A stretch of 63,416 nt of DNA, counting the filler, from Octopus bimaculoides (taxonomy: Eukaryota): assembly GCF_001194135.2 (NCBI RefSeq). It is 3 parts of 3 records of this genome, joined end to end, with 100 filler letters (N's around TTAATTAATTAA, not from the genome) between each part and the next. Parts side by side here need not be neighbours in the genome. Positions count along the whole stretch, not along the records: positions 46,997 to 63,416 come from NC_068990.1; 2 more parts are not named here. One strand, given 5' to 3'. A program made the translations under genes and the position numbers. Positions 47,039-60,544 of the stretch are shown piece after piece (the first letter of the stretch is position 1; each line of letters begins with the position of its first letter). The notes under the pieces are model-generated. The model had not been told where the DNA came from. It saw only the letters and a list, made by a program, of their open reading frames with translations, and did no database searches.

Positions 47039-47449
47039 TATATATCTATTAGTTGAAATTTACGGAAAAACAAAAGACGAAGGCAAATGTATAAACAACA
47101 AACAGATGTATTAGTTTAACGTTCAGGAGAATGAGAAAGTCGTTTACGTTTCGAGCCTACGCTTTTCAATAGAAAGTAATTAGAGAAAATAAACTGAGAG
47201 AGAGTTTAGGAAAAGAAAAAAAACTTTTGGAGCTAGCGGTCAATCATAGTATATATGGGTATTTGTTTATATATGCATAAGAATATATACATACATACTT
47301 TTATTCTTTTATTTGCTTCAGTATATATATATATATATATTCATAAGTGTGTGGCTGTATGTAACTACGTATAAACACCCCACTTCCACATTATAACTAG
47401 CATCACATTTTTGAAGAAATACCTAAAAGGAATATTCTTTTCTACTCTA

Positions 47450-47650
47450 AGCACAAAGCCCGAAATTTTGGGAGAGGGGGGGCAGTCGATTTGATCGATA
47501 CCAGTACGCAACTGGTACTTAATTTATTGACCCCGAAAGGAGGAACGGATGAAAGTCGACCTCAGCAGAATTTGAACTTAGAACGTAAAGACAAACGAAA
47601 TACCGCTAAGAATTTCACCCGGCGTGCTAACGTTTCTGCCAGCACACCAC
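47450..47650 (-). mobile_element. SINE family B
   Basis: Reverse complement of the 11648-type head and body. Confidence 0.75.
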
Positions 47651-50074
47651 CTTGACAGAAGAAAAATATTAATCATTTCATAGTAATGTTATAAGTTATG
47701 AACTAGATGATGAACATAATAGCTACTCTTTTTGTTTATTATAAAAATCAAAATTTAACGGCCTTGAGTCATATACATTTATTTTTCCCTCTACGATTCG
47801 TCATAAGCCAAGGCTTAATGCATTTTCTAACAGATTTCTCGATGTATACTATACTTTTATTACGAAATGGATGCTGTTAGAAGGTTTACAATTTTGAAAT
47901 ACTGTAGTGAAGACTTAACTCTTTCTTGTTGTTCTGAGCATTTTCATATAGTAGAGCGAAACGTTCATGCTTGTTTTCACGTTTTTAGTTAGCCCCTGAT
48001 TGATTTGTTCTGACCTATGTAAAGCTTTCCTTTAATATGTCTCAAGTTTCTCTGGCGGTAGAAAACATGGGAATTTGTATTATATACGATGCATCGGTGT
48101 CACAGAAAAAATATTCTGTGTATTAGGTGATGCGCAGGACAGGTTTAAGGGTTTAGCGTTTGTTAAGTAGCATTCTAATTGATAGACGGACGGACGGACG
48201 GACGGACGGATGGATGGATGGATGGATGGTTGGAGGGACAGAGAGAGATAATTAGATATTAAAAAAAAGTACTAAAGCTCTAAAGATATAAAACTTCCCA
48301 TTCAAAATTTTCATTGTAATTCTGTTATGGTCACAAATGTTCATAATAAATGCCAAATTGTAACAGATATTATCATCACACATTTTGAATTCATTTGGAA
48401 GACTTAATTCATTGTAAACACACTTAATTATCAGATAAAAATGAATATTTTTATATATTTATTTTTGCTTTCAATGTTATCTTTGTTATCTATAGCTCAC
48501 TTTTCAAAAGAAGCTTTCTTCTGGACATTGTAATTTGAATTACTGACATGCATTTTGTTATATGATATATGAACAGCTTGTGGAGAATTGACACATTAAG
48601 ACTTAAATTGCATGAATATACGCGTACAATCTTTGTAAATATCAAAATAAAATCAAAATGAAAACAGAAAAGCTGTTACATGCTTTGAATTCGTTGCTTA
48701 TAATAGAACAAATGCTATCGGTACTAACGGCATTGATATTTGCGATCGTCGTTATATTTTATCTGCGTTGTACAGAAGCGTATCATATACATTATCTATA
48801 ATAAAGAATACTTCTATTTCTTTGCAGACTATGTGCCTCAAATACTTTAATATACAAACATATCCATTTTTCGAACCGTCTACGAATTGAGCTACGTCAA
48901 GGTAAAACGCTAAATACGATATATTTGTAGAAGGATTAACGGAAAGCTTTCACATTTTCTGACCGTGGGGTTGAATAAAACATTTAGCAGCATTGTGATT
49001 CCGTGTTCGATCCCACAACATGACTCTTAGGACAAGTGTCTTTTCGCAAGTCTCATTTGACCTGCTCTGTTATATAAACGGAATTCGGTACGCGTGACTT
49101 TACCGGAACTAGTCATATGCATACGTACACGCATATATAATACATACACATATGTGCGTATGTGCGCGCGCGTATTATTGTTAGAGTCATATTTTTGGCG
49201 CACATCAGTATTGGCAGCAAAGGATCATGGGAATACAGTCATGACTATCTTAAAATTAAAAAAAAAAACGAGACTCCGTCGGTTGCAATGACCTTTGTTC
49301 CAATTGATTTGGTCAAAGGAACAGCCTGCCTGTGAAATGTACGTGCAAGTTGCTGAACATTCCACGGACACGCCTACCCCTTCACGTAGTTCTCAGGGAG
49401 ATTCAGCATCACACAGAATGTTATGAGCTTGACCTTTTGAAAGATATGTACAACATATTTGAGTGAACTGGAGCAACGTGAAATAAAGTATTTTGCTCAA
49501 AGACACANNNNNNNNNNNNNNNNNNNNNNNNNNNNNNNNNNNNNNNNNNNNNNNNNNNNNNNNNNNNNNNNNNNNNNNNNNNNNNNNNNNNNNNNNNNNN
49601 NNNNNNNNNNNNNNNNNNNNNNNNNNNNNNNNNNNNNNNNNNNNNNNNNNNNNNNNNNNNNNNNNNNNNNNNNNNNNNNNNNNNNNNNNNNNNNNNNNNN
49701 NNNNNNNNNNNNNNNNNNNNNNNNNNNNNNNNNNNNNNNNNNNNNNNNNNNNNNNNNNNNNNNNNNNNNNNNNNNNNNNNNNNNNNNNNNNNNNNNNNNN
49801 NNNNNNNNNNNNNNNNNNNNNNNNNNNNNNNNNNNNNNNNNNNNNNNNNNNNNNNNNNNNNNNNNNNNNNNNNNNNNNNNNNNNNNNNNNNNNNNNNNNN
49901 NNNNNNNNNNNNNNNNNNNNNNNNNNNNNNNNNNNNNNNNNNNNNNNNNNNNNNNNNNNNNNNNNNNNNNNNNNNNNNNNNNNNNNNNNNNNNNNNNNNN
50001 NNNNNNNNNNNNNNNNNNNNNNNNNNNNNNNNNNNNNNNNNNNNNNNNNNNNNNNNNNNNNNNNNNNNNGTACC

Positions 50075-50395
50075 CCTTTGCGCAACATCAATTTGCTCAT
50101 CCAACCACAAACACTCTCCAAGCTTTCCTATCATTTATAAACTCTCTTGCTTCTCTCACTCCAACACCTCTAACCACCAAAGTTTTCCTCACTCCATCCA
50201 TCCACACAAACCGAGGCCTGCCTCTGGTTCTGCTGCCTACCACTTCTGCCTTCATCACCCTCTTTATCACCCGCTCCTCATCCATCCTCTCCATGTGGCC
50301 AAACCACCTCAACATTCGTCTATCCATTTTGGTTGTTAGTTTTTCTCTCGTTCCTGCTCGCCTTCGCACCTCCTCATTCTTCATCCTATCAAATT
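50075..50395 (-). mobile_element. RTE/BovB-like LINE 3' fragment
   Basis: KNEEVRRRAG...RRMLRWFGHMERMDEERVIKRV...RGRPRFVWMDGVRK...AREFINDRKAWR. Confidence 0.85.
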
Positions 50396-50432
50396 ATTTT
50401 CAGTTATATTTCAGGTCTCCTATTTTATAATA

Positions 50433-50650
50433 CAGTAATCCCTCGACTATCGCGTGTGAAACGTTCCAAAAAACTCCGTGATAGGTGAAAATCCGGGAAG
50501 TAGAAACTACTGTACATATATATATTTATTATTTTTATAATTTGTATACATTTATTTTATTATAGATGCAAAACAACACCACGGAGGAATCGACATAACC
50601 TGAAATAATAAACCGCGATATGTGAACCGCTATATAGCAAGGGATTACTG
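50433..50650. mobile_element. Complete pogo/Tigger-like MITE (218 bp)
   Basis: TA|CAGTAATCCCT...AGGGATTACTG|TA: TIRs with a TA target duplication. Related TIR fragments at 51957-52145. Confidence 0.85.
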
Positions 50651-50960
50651 TATATTGCAAAGGTTCAGCGGTACTAAATTAGTACTCAGAGTATGGAATA
50701 GTAATCTTTCTGGTCAAATAGAGAAATCTAATTTTTATATGGATTAAACTCTTTTCACTTTGTTGTTAAAATTTAAGAATTTGAAAGTATGTGTGGATGA
50801 TTATGAGTATTGTGATACACTACCCCATACTTGGTGTAGAGAATATGTAAAAATGTATCCAATACAAGGTATAGAGTACATCGAAAACAGTTTGGTTGAT
50901 ATCTTACGGCACTGCTTTTGAATGCTCGACTTAAAAGGCAGACATTGGTGATCTGTACTT

Positions 50961-51430
50961 AAAAGATATCCGAATCCAAGGTATTAAAAGATATCCGAAT
51001 CCAAGGTATGAAAAGATATCCGAATCCAAGGTATTAAAAGACATCCGAATCCAAGGTATTAAAAGACATCCGAATCCAAGGTATGAAAAGATATCCGAAT
51101 CCAAGGTATTAAAAGATATCCGAATCCAAGGTATTAAAAGATATCCGAATCCAAGGTATTAAAAGATATCCGAATCCAAGGTATTAAAAGATATCCGAAT
51201 CCAAGGTATTAAAAGATATCCGAATCCAAGGTATTAAAAGATATCCGAATCCAAGGTATTAAAAGATATCCGAATCCAAGGTATTAAAAGATATCCGAAT
51301 CCAAGGTATTAAAAGATATCCGAATCCAAAGTATTAAAAGATATCCGAATCCAAGGTATTAAAAGATATCCGAATCCAAGGTATTAAAAGATATCCGAAT
51401 CCAAGGTATTAAAAGATATCCGAATCCAAG
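50961..51430. repeat. 25-bp minisatellite, ~18.8 copies (AAAAGATATCCGAATCCAAGGTATT)
   Basis: Head-to-tail units with only a few single-base variants and no spacers. Confidence 0.97.
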
Positions 51431-52084
51431 TTGTTAACCAATGAATGAAGGCGCTTAAGTTTCAAAACATACAGAGAAGCACATAGATGTGAGTTTCAAT
51501 AGAGACTGAGGTGTATTTGTAGGCATTTCTGTAAATGAAACACACAACTTTAGATACCAACGAAACAAATGACGTCCTATCATTTTTGCGAAGACACACA
51601 CGTGCGCGCGCACACACACACGCAAACATACACATATGTATGCACATGTGTGTATATGTAAGGCATTCCACTCAGCGAATAGGGTTTATCCATCTATCTG
51701 TCTATTAGTTTGTTTGTCTTCCTATCCATTCATACATCCATCCACCTACCTACTACCTACATATCTATTTACCTACCAACCTACGTTTCTATTTACCTAC
51801 CCACCTGTATATCTATCTATCTATCTATATATCTGTCTGTCTGTATATATATATATATATTACTCTACCTCTGGTATTTGAGTACTCTTTTTTTCCACCT
51901 TGTTGCACATTTCATGTGCTTACTCCGGTATATATATATATATATACATATATACACAGTAGAACCTCGGTTTTCGAACAACACTGATCACGAATAATTC
52001 GTACTTTATCTTCTGTCTTTCTCATTTTCATTTAATATAGTAGTACCTCGGTTTACGAACGCCTCTGATCACGAATAAATCGTG

Positions 52085-52126
<42 letters not shown>

Positions 52127-53420
52127 CACGATTTATTCGTGAGCAGAGTCGAGCAGAGTCGTTCAAAAACTACTGTTTATATATATATATTTATCTATCT
52201 ATCTTATATTAAATTATATACATACATAAATATGTGCATACCCATACATATGTATGTGTATATACATACATAAATATGTGCATATCCATACACAGGTGTG
52301 TGTGTGTGCGCTGGTTGTGTATATTTGTGCGTTTGTGGTTGCAATACATATGCAACAAGAATGCATGTTTTTGAATAGCATCATTTATTTCAATGATTTT
52401 CAAGTCATTGTCAAGATATGCTTTCGATGGTTGTAGTATTTTGCGGGTATTTAAAGCTGTGTGTTTCATTTACAGAAATGCGGCATGTCTACAAATACAC
52501 CTCAGTCTCTTTTGAAGCGCATATCTATATGTGTTTCTCTGTGTCTTTTGAATTATAAGCGTTCGCATGTACCTGTGCCTATTGAAATTACTTACAAATA
52601 GCATTAAACAAGAAAATGAAATATAATATACTCTCTCTTCTCTCTTCAATGCTTCACGCTGTAATTACTAATAACGCTAGGGTGACATTCCCTACATAGC
52701 AATCTCCTGATCTGTTCCCAAATATATGATAATTTGAATAGCAATCTATTTTAATCTAAATAGAGCAATAATCTTCTCACCTTTTCCGAATAAACGATAA
52801 GATAATTGAATAAATTGTATTATTTAGCCTTAAAATAGCCCATTTCTCAAAAGCCACAAAGGGAAACCATTCTCTTTTCCCGTCTTTTGATAAATTCATA
52901 GTCATAACCAACAAGCAATTTTCAACAGGAAAGCAAACACTTAGACATACACGTATGTGTTCTTAGAGAGGTTAGAGACACATACAAATATATTTGATTG
53001 TTTCGATGAACGCACAGGCACCGAAATACAACTGTCAATGAATAAAAGAAACACGTCGTATAAATCAAATAAACATCATCGAAATAAATTCTTCCATCCC
53101 AACAGACATATAAATACACATGCATAGGCCATTTCATCGGACAACAAGACTATTACACAGATAGCAGTTCTCAATAACAAACTTTTAAACGAAAATATGG
53201 ATGTAAATTACTCTCAAATACCACTGCCATTAAAACTAAATAATTTACAACAAAATATAAGGCATTCGATCCGATTTTTCTTATGGTACAGGAAATGGTG
53301 GTGGATTAATAAAACATATCTAACATTAATTGAAAGACTGTTAAGATGAATTGACTTTTATTCATACATATATACATTCATACGTACCCATTCATATACA
53401 TACATGTATATCACGAATAT

Positions 53421-53462
<42 letters not shown>

Positions 53463-54004
53463 CATACATGTATATCGCAAATCTATATATCTNNNNNNNN
53501 NNNNNNNNNNNNNNNNNNNNNNNNNNNNNNNNNNNNNNNNNNNNNNNNNNNNNNNNNNNNNNNNNNNNNNNNNNNNNNNNNNNNNNNNNNNNNNNNNNNN
53601 NNNNNNNNNNNNNNNNNNNNNNNNNNNNNNNNNNNNNNNNNNNNNNNNNNNNNNNNNNNNNNNNNNNNNNNNNNNNNNNNNNNNNNNNNNNNNNNNNNNN
53701 NNNNNNNNNNNNNNNNNNNNNNNNNNNNNNNNNNNNNNNNNNNNNNNNNNNNNNNNNNNNNNNNNNNNNNNNNNNNNNNNNNNNNNNNNNNNNNNNNNNN
53801 NNNNNNNNNNNNNNNNNNNNNNNNNNNNNNNNNNNNNNNNNNNNNNNNNNNNNNNNNNNNNNNNNNNNNNNNNNNNNNNNNNNNNNNNNNNNNNNNNNNN
53901 NNNNNNNNNNNNNNNNNNNNNNNNNNNNNNNNNNNNNNNNNNNNNNNNNNNNNNNNNNNNNNNNNNNNNNNNNNNNNNNNNNATATATATACATACATAC
54001 ATTC

Positions 54005-54059
<55 letters not shown>

Positions 54060-54289
54060 ATAGGTGTGTATGTATTTTCCAGAAACAACTTGATCTGCAG
54101 TCTACGGTCCCAGATGAACCTGTATCACGGAAAGATGGCAGTGTCGTTCTCCCTCCGTCACCAAAAGTTAATCGCATAAAAAGTGATTACATTAGCGGTC
54201 CTCCAACATGGCTACAGCCTTTAGACTGAAATATATTTAAAAAGGTAATATATATGTATGTGTGTATGTATGTATATACACACACACTA

Positions 54290-54435
<146 letters not shown>

Positions 54436-55857
54436 TGTATATACATACCTATATACACACACATTTGTACATACGATATAAGTGTGTGTGTGAGGGGTGT
54501 CTTTACTTTTGAGGCCTTTTCCCCTCACTCTCTCTCATATATATGTAATATAGTATATATATATATACAAAGAAAGAAAGAGGGAGTGGAAGAGAGAGAG
54601 AGAGATAAATACACCTACATACACATACACACATACAAAGGCACGCATACACGCATACACACGCGTGTGTGTGTGTACATATACTGATTAGTATGATTTT
54701 AAAATATTACTCCTACGCTACTGGAGCTTCATAAAAGGGAAATAGAGTGCTGGATTATATTTTTTAATAGTTGTCTTGCTTATATAATTTAAATTATAAT
54801 ATTTAGTCCACTTGGATTTTTCACTTTGCTTCGGTATTTAAATATGCGCGATCTTTCTTGTACTTTGTTCCTGCTTTTGTGTTCTTTTTTAAGCAGTGTC
54901 CATGTTAATGAGAAAGTTGCAATATAAATATTTATATATACGTATGAAATTTTTCTTTTTACATTTATTTTATCTATGCTTTAAAATCTAAAGCTTGACA
55001 TGATTATCTTTCATAAAAAAAAATCCATAATGTCAGACTACATTCTTTCATATGCTCACACTCGAACGATCATAAAAAAATATGACGAATTCATAGTTTA
55101 TGTTCAATGGTTTTGTCCCTGTGGTTGTTCATACGTAATAATGTATTTCTCGCATTGTGTGCGTATATTAGAGGTGTCAAGTAGAGCTTTGTATGACAGC
55201 GAAAGAAACACTCGAAAAACAACTGAATAGCTTTCTGTGTTATGTACGTTGAAAGGTGTTGGTTCCAAAAATTCTGTTACGTATTCAAGTCATATTTAAT
55301 ATAACCTGACACCAGCATGTGTGTGAATTTCATATCGAAAAGCTGATACACATGTGTTTTGTACATGTAAGAAAGGAAGTTAGAAAGAAAGAATGAACAA
55401 AGCATGTCGTATCACTTTCGTGCGTGTAACTTCTAATTTAAACATAACTCCCGAATAGAGTAACTAAGGGATTAAGATATAATGCATAACATTTCATACA
55501 GCTGTTTCTAGAATAGCTGTGCATTTTGTGCATAGAGACATTAAGCAAAGATTTCTATTTAAGACTACTGTGTCGTCTTCAGAGAGGGAGAATTAAGGGA
55601 TATACTTAATAAAGTATATCATTAGTTACTAGTGTCATCTTCGAAGAATTAAAGAATATTCTTTGTAAAAGATAACGGTAGGTACCAATCCCATGGTCGA
55701 AGGGGACATTACGTCATNNNNNNNNNNNNNNNNNNNNNNNNNNNNNNNNNNNNNNNNNNNNNNNNNNNNNNNNNNNNNNNNNNNNNNNNNNNNNNNNNNN
55801 NNNNNNNNNNNNNNNNNNNNNNNNNNNNNNNNNNNNNNNNTATGTATATATATATAC

Positions 55858-56251
55858 TCTTTTACTCTTTTACTTGTTTCAATCAGTTGACTGCGGCCAT
55901 GCTGGAACACCGCCTTTAGTCGAGAAAATCGACCCCAGAGTTCGCACATACATACATACATACATACATACATACATACATGCATGCCTATATACATGCA
56001 TACTTACATATACATATATTCTTTTATTCTTTTACTTGTTTCAGCTATTTGACTGTCGCCATTCCGGAGCGCCGCCTTTAATCGAACAAATCGACCCCAG
56101 GACTTATTATTTGTAAGCCTAGTATTTATTATCACCACCCCTTTTGCCGAACTGCTAATTTACTGGGACGGAAACACACCAATATCGGTTGTCAAGCGAT
56201 GGTGGGAGGACAAACACACACACATAAATACATACATACACCCACATCCAC

Positions 56252-56302
<51 letters not shown>

Positions 56303-56410
56303 GATATACCGGGCTTCTTTCAGTTTCTGTCTACCAAATCCACTCACAATATTTTGGTTGGCTCGATTCTATAGTAGAAGACACTTGCCCAATGTGCCAC
56401 ACAGTGGGTT
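55858..56410 (-). mobile_element. Two tandem family A SINE pieces (55858-55940, 56020-56410)
   Basis: Homologous to 8143-8553. The head end is followed by GGGTTAGGGTTAGGG. Confidence 0.8.
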
Positions 56411-56930
56411 AGGGTTAGGGCTAGGTTTATATGACTGTTATATGACTATATATAAGACTGTATGTATGTTTCTATGTACATATGACGGAGACAGACTGAC
56501 ACCCAGGAGAGATAATGTTGAATATTAACTAATCTCGAAACAAACGATGTGATGGTCACGACTGGATTGATTAAAGTGATCAAGGGCCTCATTTTTTTTT
56601 TCACTTGATCAGAGCCGACATGCGGTTAAAGAAATACGACACCAATAATAACAACAACAAGGTCAAGAGATATGCATCACTATTCTTCTGAAATAAGACC
56701 GGAGCAAAACAGCCATTAACAGTGAGCGTGACTATATTTTATATATAGTTCCTATCTCTGGTATTTAGGGCAAGGTCTGAACTTGTTTTCGGTTGTAATT
56801 AAGTTGTGACAATAGATAAATAAAATACGACAATATTGTGGTTAATGAGCTTTTCAACGAATTCTTTTGTGTCTCGTATATCTGCCTGTAGACATTCATA
56901 AGTACGTACGTATATACACGCGCACATACA

Positions 56931-56969
<39 letters not shown>

Positions 56970-57319
56970 CCTCTCTTCGATGTGAGGTATTGAGCTAGCA
57001 GAATCGTTAACATGCCGGACGCAATGCTTAACGGCTTTTCGTCCGTATTTACGTTCTGAATTCACATTCCAGCAAAGTCGACTTTGTCTTTCATTCTTTC
57101 GAGGTCGATAGAATAAGTACCAGTTGTAATCGACTCTCCCACTCCCCCGAAATTCCTGGCCTTGTGCTATAATTCGAAACCAATATTATATAATGAGTGT
57201 ATATGTGTCATCAAAAGCTATAAAGCTGCGGCGTTTTCGTCTAACGGAGATACCTTTTTAGATAATATGATGGTTTGTGCTCTATCTCCACAGATGATTG
57301 CCTCCTCTTTGTGCTTCTT

Positions 57320-57550
57320 CATTGTGAATGGCGTCACTGACATTCCGTCTATAACCTCTCAGGTGTCTATTCAATCCTGTTGTAGCGCTTCATAGTTTGA
57401 CGCGTAAGTGACAAACGGAACTTGGTTATCGCTGCACACGACACTTTCAGTTGATGTAATGTGGAATGACGTCATAAGGAAACATCTGTACGCCATTGGA
57501 TCATAATGATAAACCCTTATACAGCTTGGGTACCAATCTGTGAGTCACCG
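57320..57550. promoter_or_regulatory. Candidate bZIP-site cluster (CRE ATGACGTCAT 57466-57475, AP-1 TGAGTCA 57541-57547, CRE half-sites)
   Basis: Exact consensus motifs in a unique, CpG-containing patch. Function is inferred only. Confidence 0.3.
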
Positions 57551-58130
57551 TAATTAGCACCTCTTCCTCCTATACTTCTTCCTCCTCCTCTTTCTCATCA
57601 TCATTACCACCACCACCACCACCACCACCACCACCACCACCACCACCACCACCACCACTACAATTACAATCATCACCACTAACATTACCACNNNNNNNNN
57701 NNNNNNNNNNNNNNNNNNNNNNNNNNNNNNNNNNNNNNNNNNNNNNNNNNNNNNNNNNNNNNNNNNNNNNNNNNNNNNNNNNNNNNNNNNNNNNNNNNNN
57801 NNNNNNNNNNNNNNNNNNNNNNNNNNNNNNNNNNNNNNNNNNNNNNNNNNNNNNNNNNNNNNNNNNNNNNNNNNNNNNNNNNNNNNNNNNNNNNNNNNNN
57901 NNNNNNNNNNNNNNNNNNNNNNNNNNNNAGGTTACGACCGTTTCAACAACAGATGGGCCAGATAAATGATTCACATCTGATGGGCCAGATAAATGAATAG
58001 AAACATACAGCCATGAATATAAACAATGATTATATAATTTTAAGCTATATTACAAAAGACCCAACCGTCATTTCCTCAAAACGAATGAACAAAACGATAT
58101 TAAATGTTAAAACTGTCGCAACCTAATAAA

Positions 58131-58170
<40 letters not shown>

Positions 58171-58980
58171 CAGTCTATATATATAAAAGGGTACTCAAAT
58201 ACCAGTGGTAGAGTAATATGCTTTGTTTAAAAGCAGCAGAAATATAACAAAAGATATTATTCAGAGTTTCACGTTCCCGTTCGTCGGACACTTTTGTTAA
58301 AATGGAACAGAAATGAAGATATAATGAAAACTAGTTAAAGGATACACCTTTAAAATGGATTTGTTTCATTGGTCCTTTCAATTAACGGTCTTAAACATGC
58401 AATGAACAAAATAAATTCAATATAAAATTCATCCTCTTGTAAAATCGAAGAAAACCTTAAATCGAAGAGTAGATTCAAAATACGTATTGTATATAATTAT
58501 ATATGAAATATAAGTCAACTAATACATTAAAATTAAAATTAAGTATATACATGCATACATACATACATACATACATGCATACATACATACATACATACAT
58601 ACATACATACATACATACATACATACATACGTATCACATGCTCCTAGGAAATCAGACAGGAAGAGATTTGTAGTAATTCATTAACATATATTTTAAATAA
58701 GAAAGGTATTCATTGTTCAGAAGTGTGAGAAATTTTTCTGATTGAAAAATGTAATCTCGAACTTCGTATTCTTTTGTCGTTGTTAACAACAATATTCCTT
58801 TGATTCGTATTTATATACCCAAACAACAAACAGTTCATTATTACAAACAATTTGGTGTTGTTGCTGTTGTGCTTCGGGTAATGTTGCTCTGGCCGTTGCC
58901 GTCGTCATATTGTCATCATAGTTGTTCTTTGTTGACAAAAATAAATGTTACGATGATTGCAATGATGATGATGGTGGTGG

Positions 58981-59011
<31 letters not shown>

Positions 59012-60513
59012 AGTAGTTGTGGTTGTAGTGGTTGTGTTGGGTGTTATGGTGCTAGTGGTGTTATTGTTAGACATATTTAACCTCGTCTTATTCAATGATG
59101 TCATATGGTCGCAATGGCATTCTGGTAGTCCTTGCTGTTGATGCTTATGATGATAGTGGTGATGGTGGGAGTTATGATATTGATGATGGTGATGATGATG
59201 ATGATGATGGCGATGTTGCTGTTCTTGCTGTCTTCGTATTCTCTGTTAGCGCTGATAATAATGTCCAACCACATATCGGTGCTAACAACACAGTTTTTCT
59301 TTGACCATCCGATATAAAATTCAATCATAGTAAACTTTGGGACTACATCATTTTGTGTTCCCCTTCTTAAACCGTAGAGTGTGAACTAAAAGTTCTTGTA
59401 TAGTTATTTCCAACGCGTACAATGATCTCCACGAAGACTGCGTTGATGGATCTTAAAGAATAAGGTTTCCTCCACAACGGATGATGCGCTGAATTGGTGC
59501 ATCCTGGTTTAAGAACAATCAAAAGAAGTTTTAGAAACTCTCCGAATTTGGTCCCCAAAATATATCACTCTTTAAAGACGGGGAGCTGGCTGAATCGTTA
59601 TCACGTAGAGCGAAATGCTTAACGGTATTTCGTCTGTCTTTACATTCTGAGTTCAAATTCCACCGAGGTCGACTTTGCCTTTCATCCTTTACATTTCAAG
59701 CTGTAATTACTGCCAAAGGCGGTCCTACCCCATATTAAAATAAATTTGTTTGAAATTTTGAGGCGCTTCATTATTTTGTCCAACCCTTGTGTATATATAT
59801 GACCGGCTTCCATAGAGTTCCAGTTTCACAAATTCCTAGACAAGACATTGATCAACCTGGGGTTATAGTAGATGACACATCAAAGGTACCATGAGACAGG
59901 AGTGAACTGAAAACCACGTGGTTACGAAGCGAACTTGTAAACGACAAAGCAATGTTCGCTCCGCAAAAGATCACGCATAGAAACGAGCATATAGACGTAT
60001 ATACATATATGTGTACAAATACATATATCAGTATACATGTATATACATAATACATGAACCTAGAAATACACATGCACTCAAAAATATACATTGAAATTTG
60101 CACATACATAAAAGCATTCACACATGCAAGCTTACAAGAACGGAAGCAAACGGCATGCAAAAAGATATATACATATACGTATAAATATACATACAAACAT
60201 GTATGTAAATATACATCTGTATAAATACCCGTATATATAAACATGTAAACACATTCACAATACATAAAAACACACACAACATATTAAAAGATAAATGCAC
60301 ACAAAAGCACACAAAAGTACAAGTATAAAGATAGACAATTCATACAAATGCATTTATATATACATACATATACTTATATAGATACACACACACACATAAT
60401 ATTTACAAGATCNNNNNNNNNNNNNNNNNNNNNNNNNNNNNNNNNNNNNNNNNNNNNNNNNNNNNNNNNNNNNNNNNNNNNNNNNNNNNNNNNNNNNNNN
60501 NNNNNNNNNNNNN

Positions 60514-60544
<31 letters not shown>

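Noticed and set aside
50961-51430. CRISPR-like array of 25-bp repeats
   Set aside because: The units are head-to-tail with no unique spacers, there are no cas genes, and the context is eukaryotic. It is a minisatellite.
56405-56424. TTAGGG telomere-like repeats (also 8590-8601, 39797-39810)
   Set aside because: Only 2-3 units each, which is expected by chance or slippage and is not an interstitial telomere.
58800-59328. Poly-Val/Thr/Asp/Met ORFs
   Set aside because: These are trinucleotide (GGT/GAT) low-complexity tracts without splice or start context.
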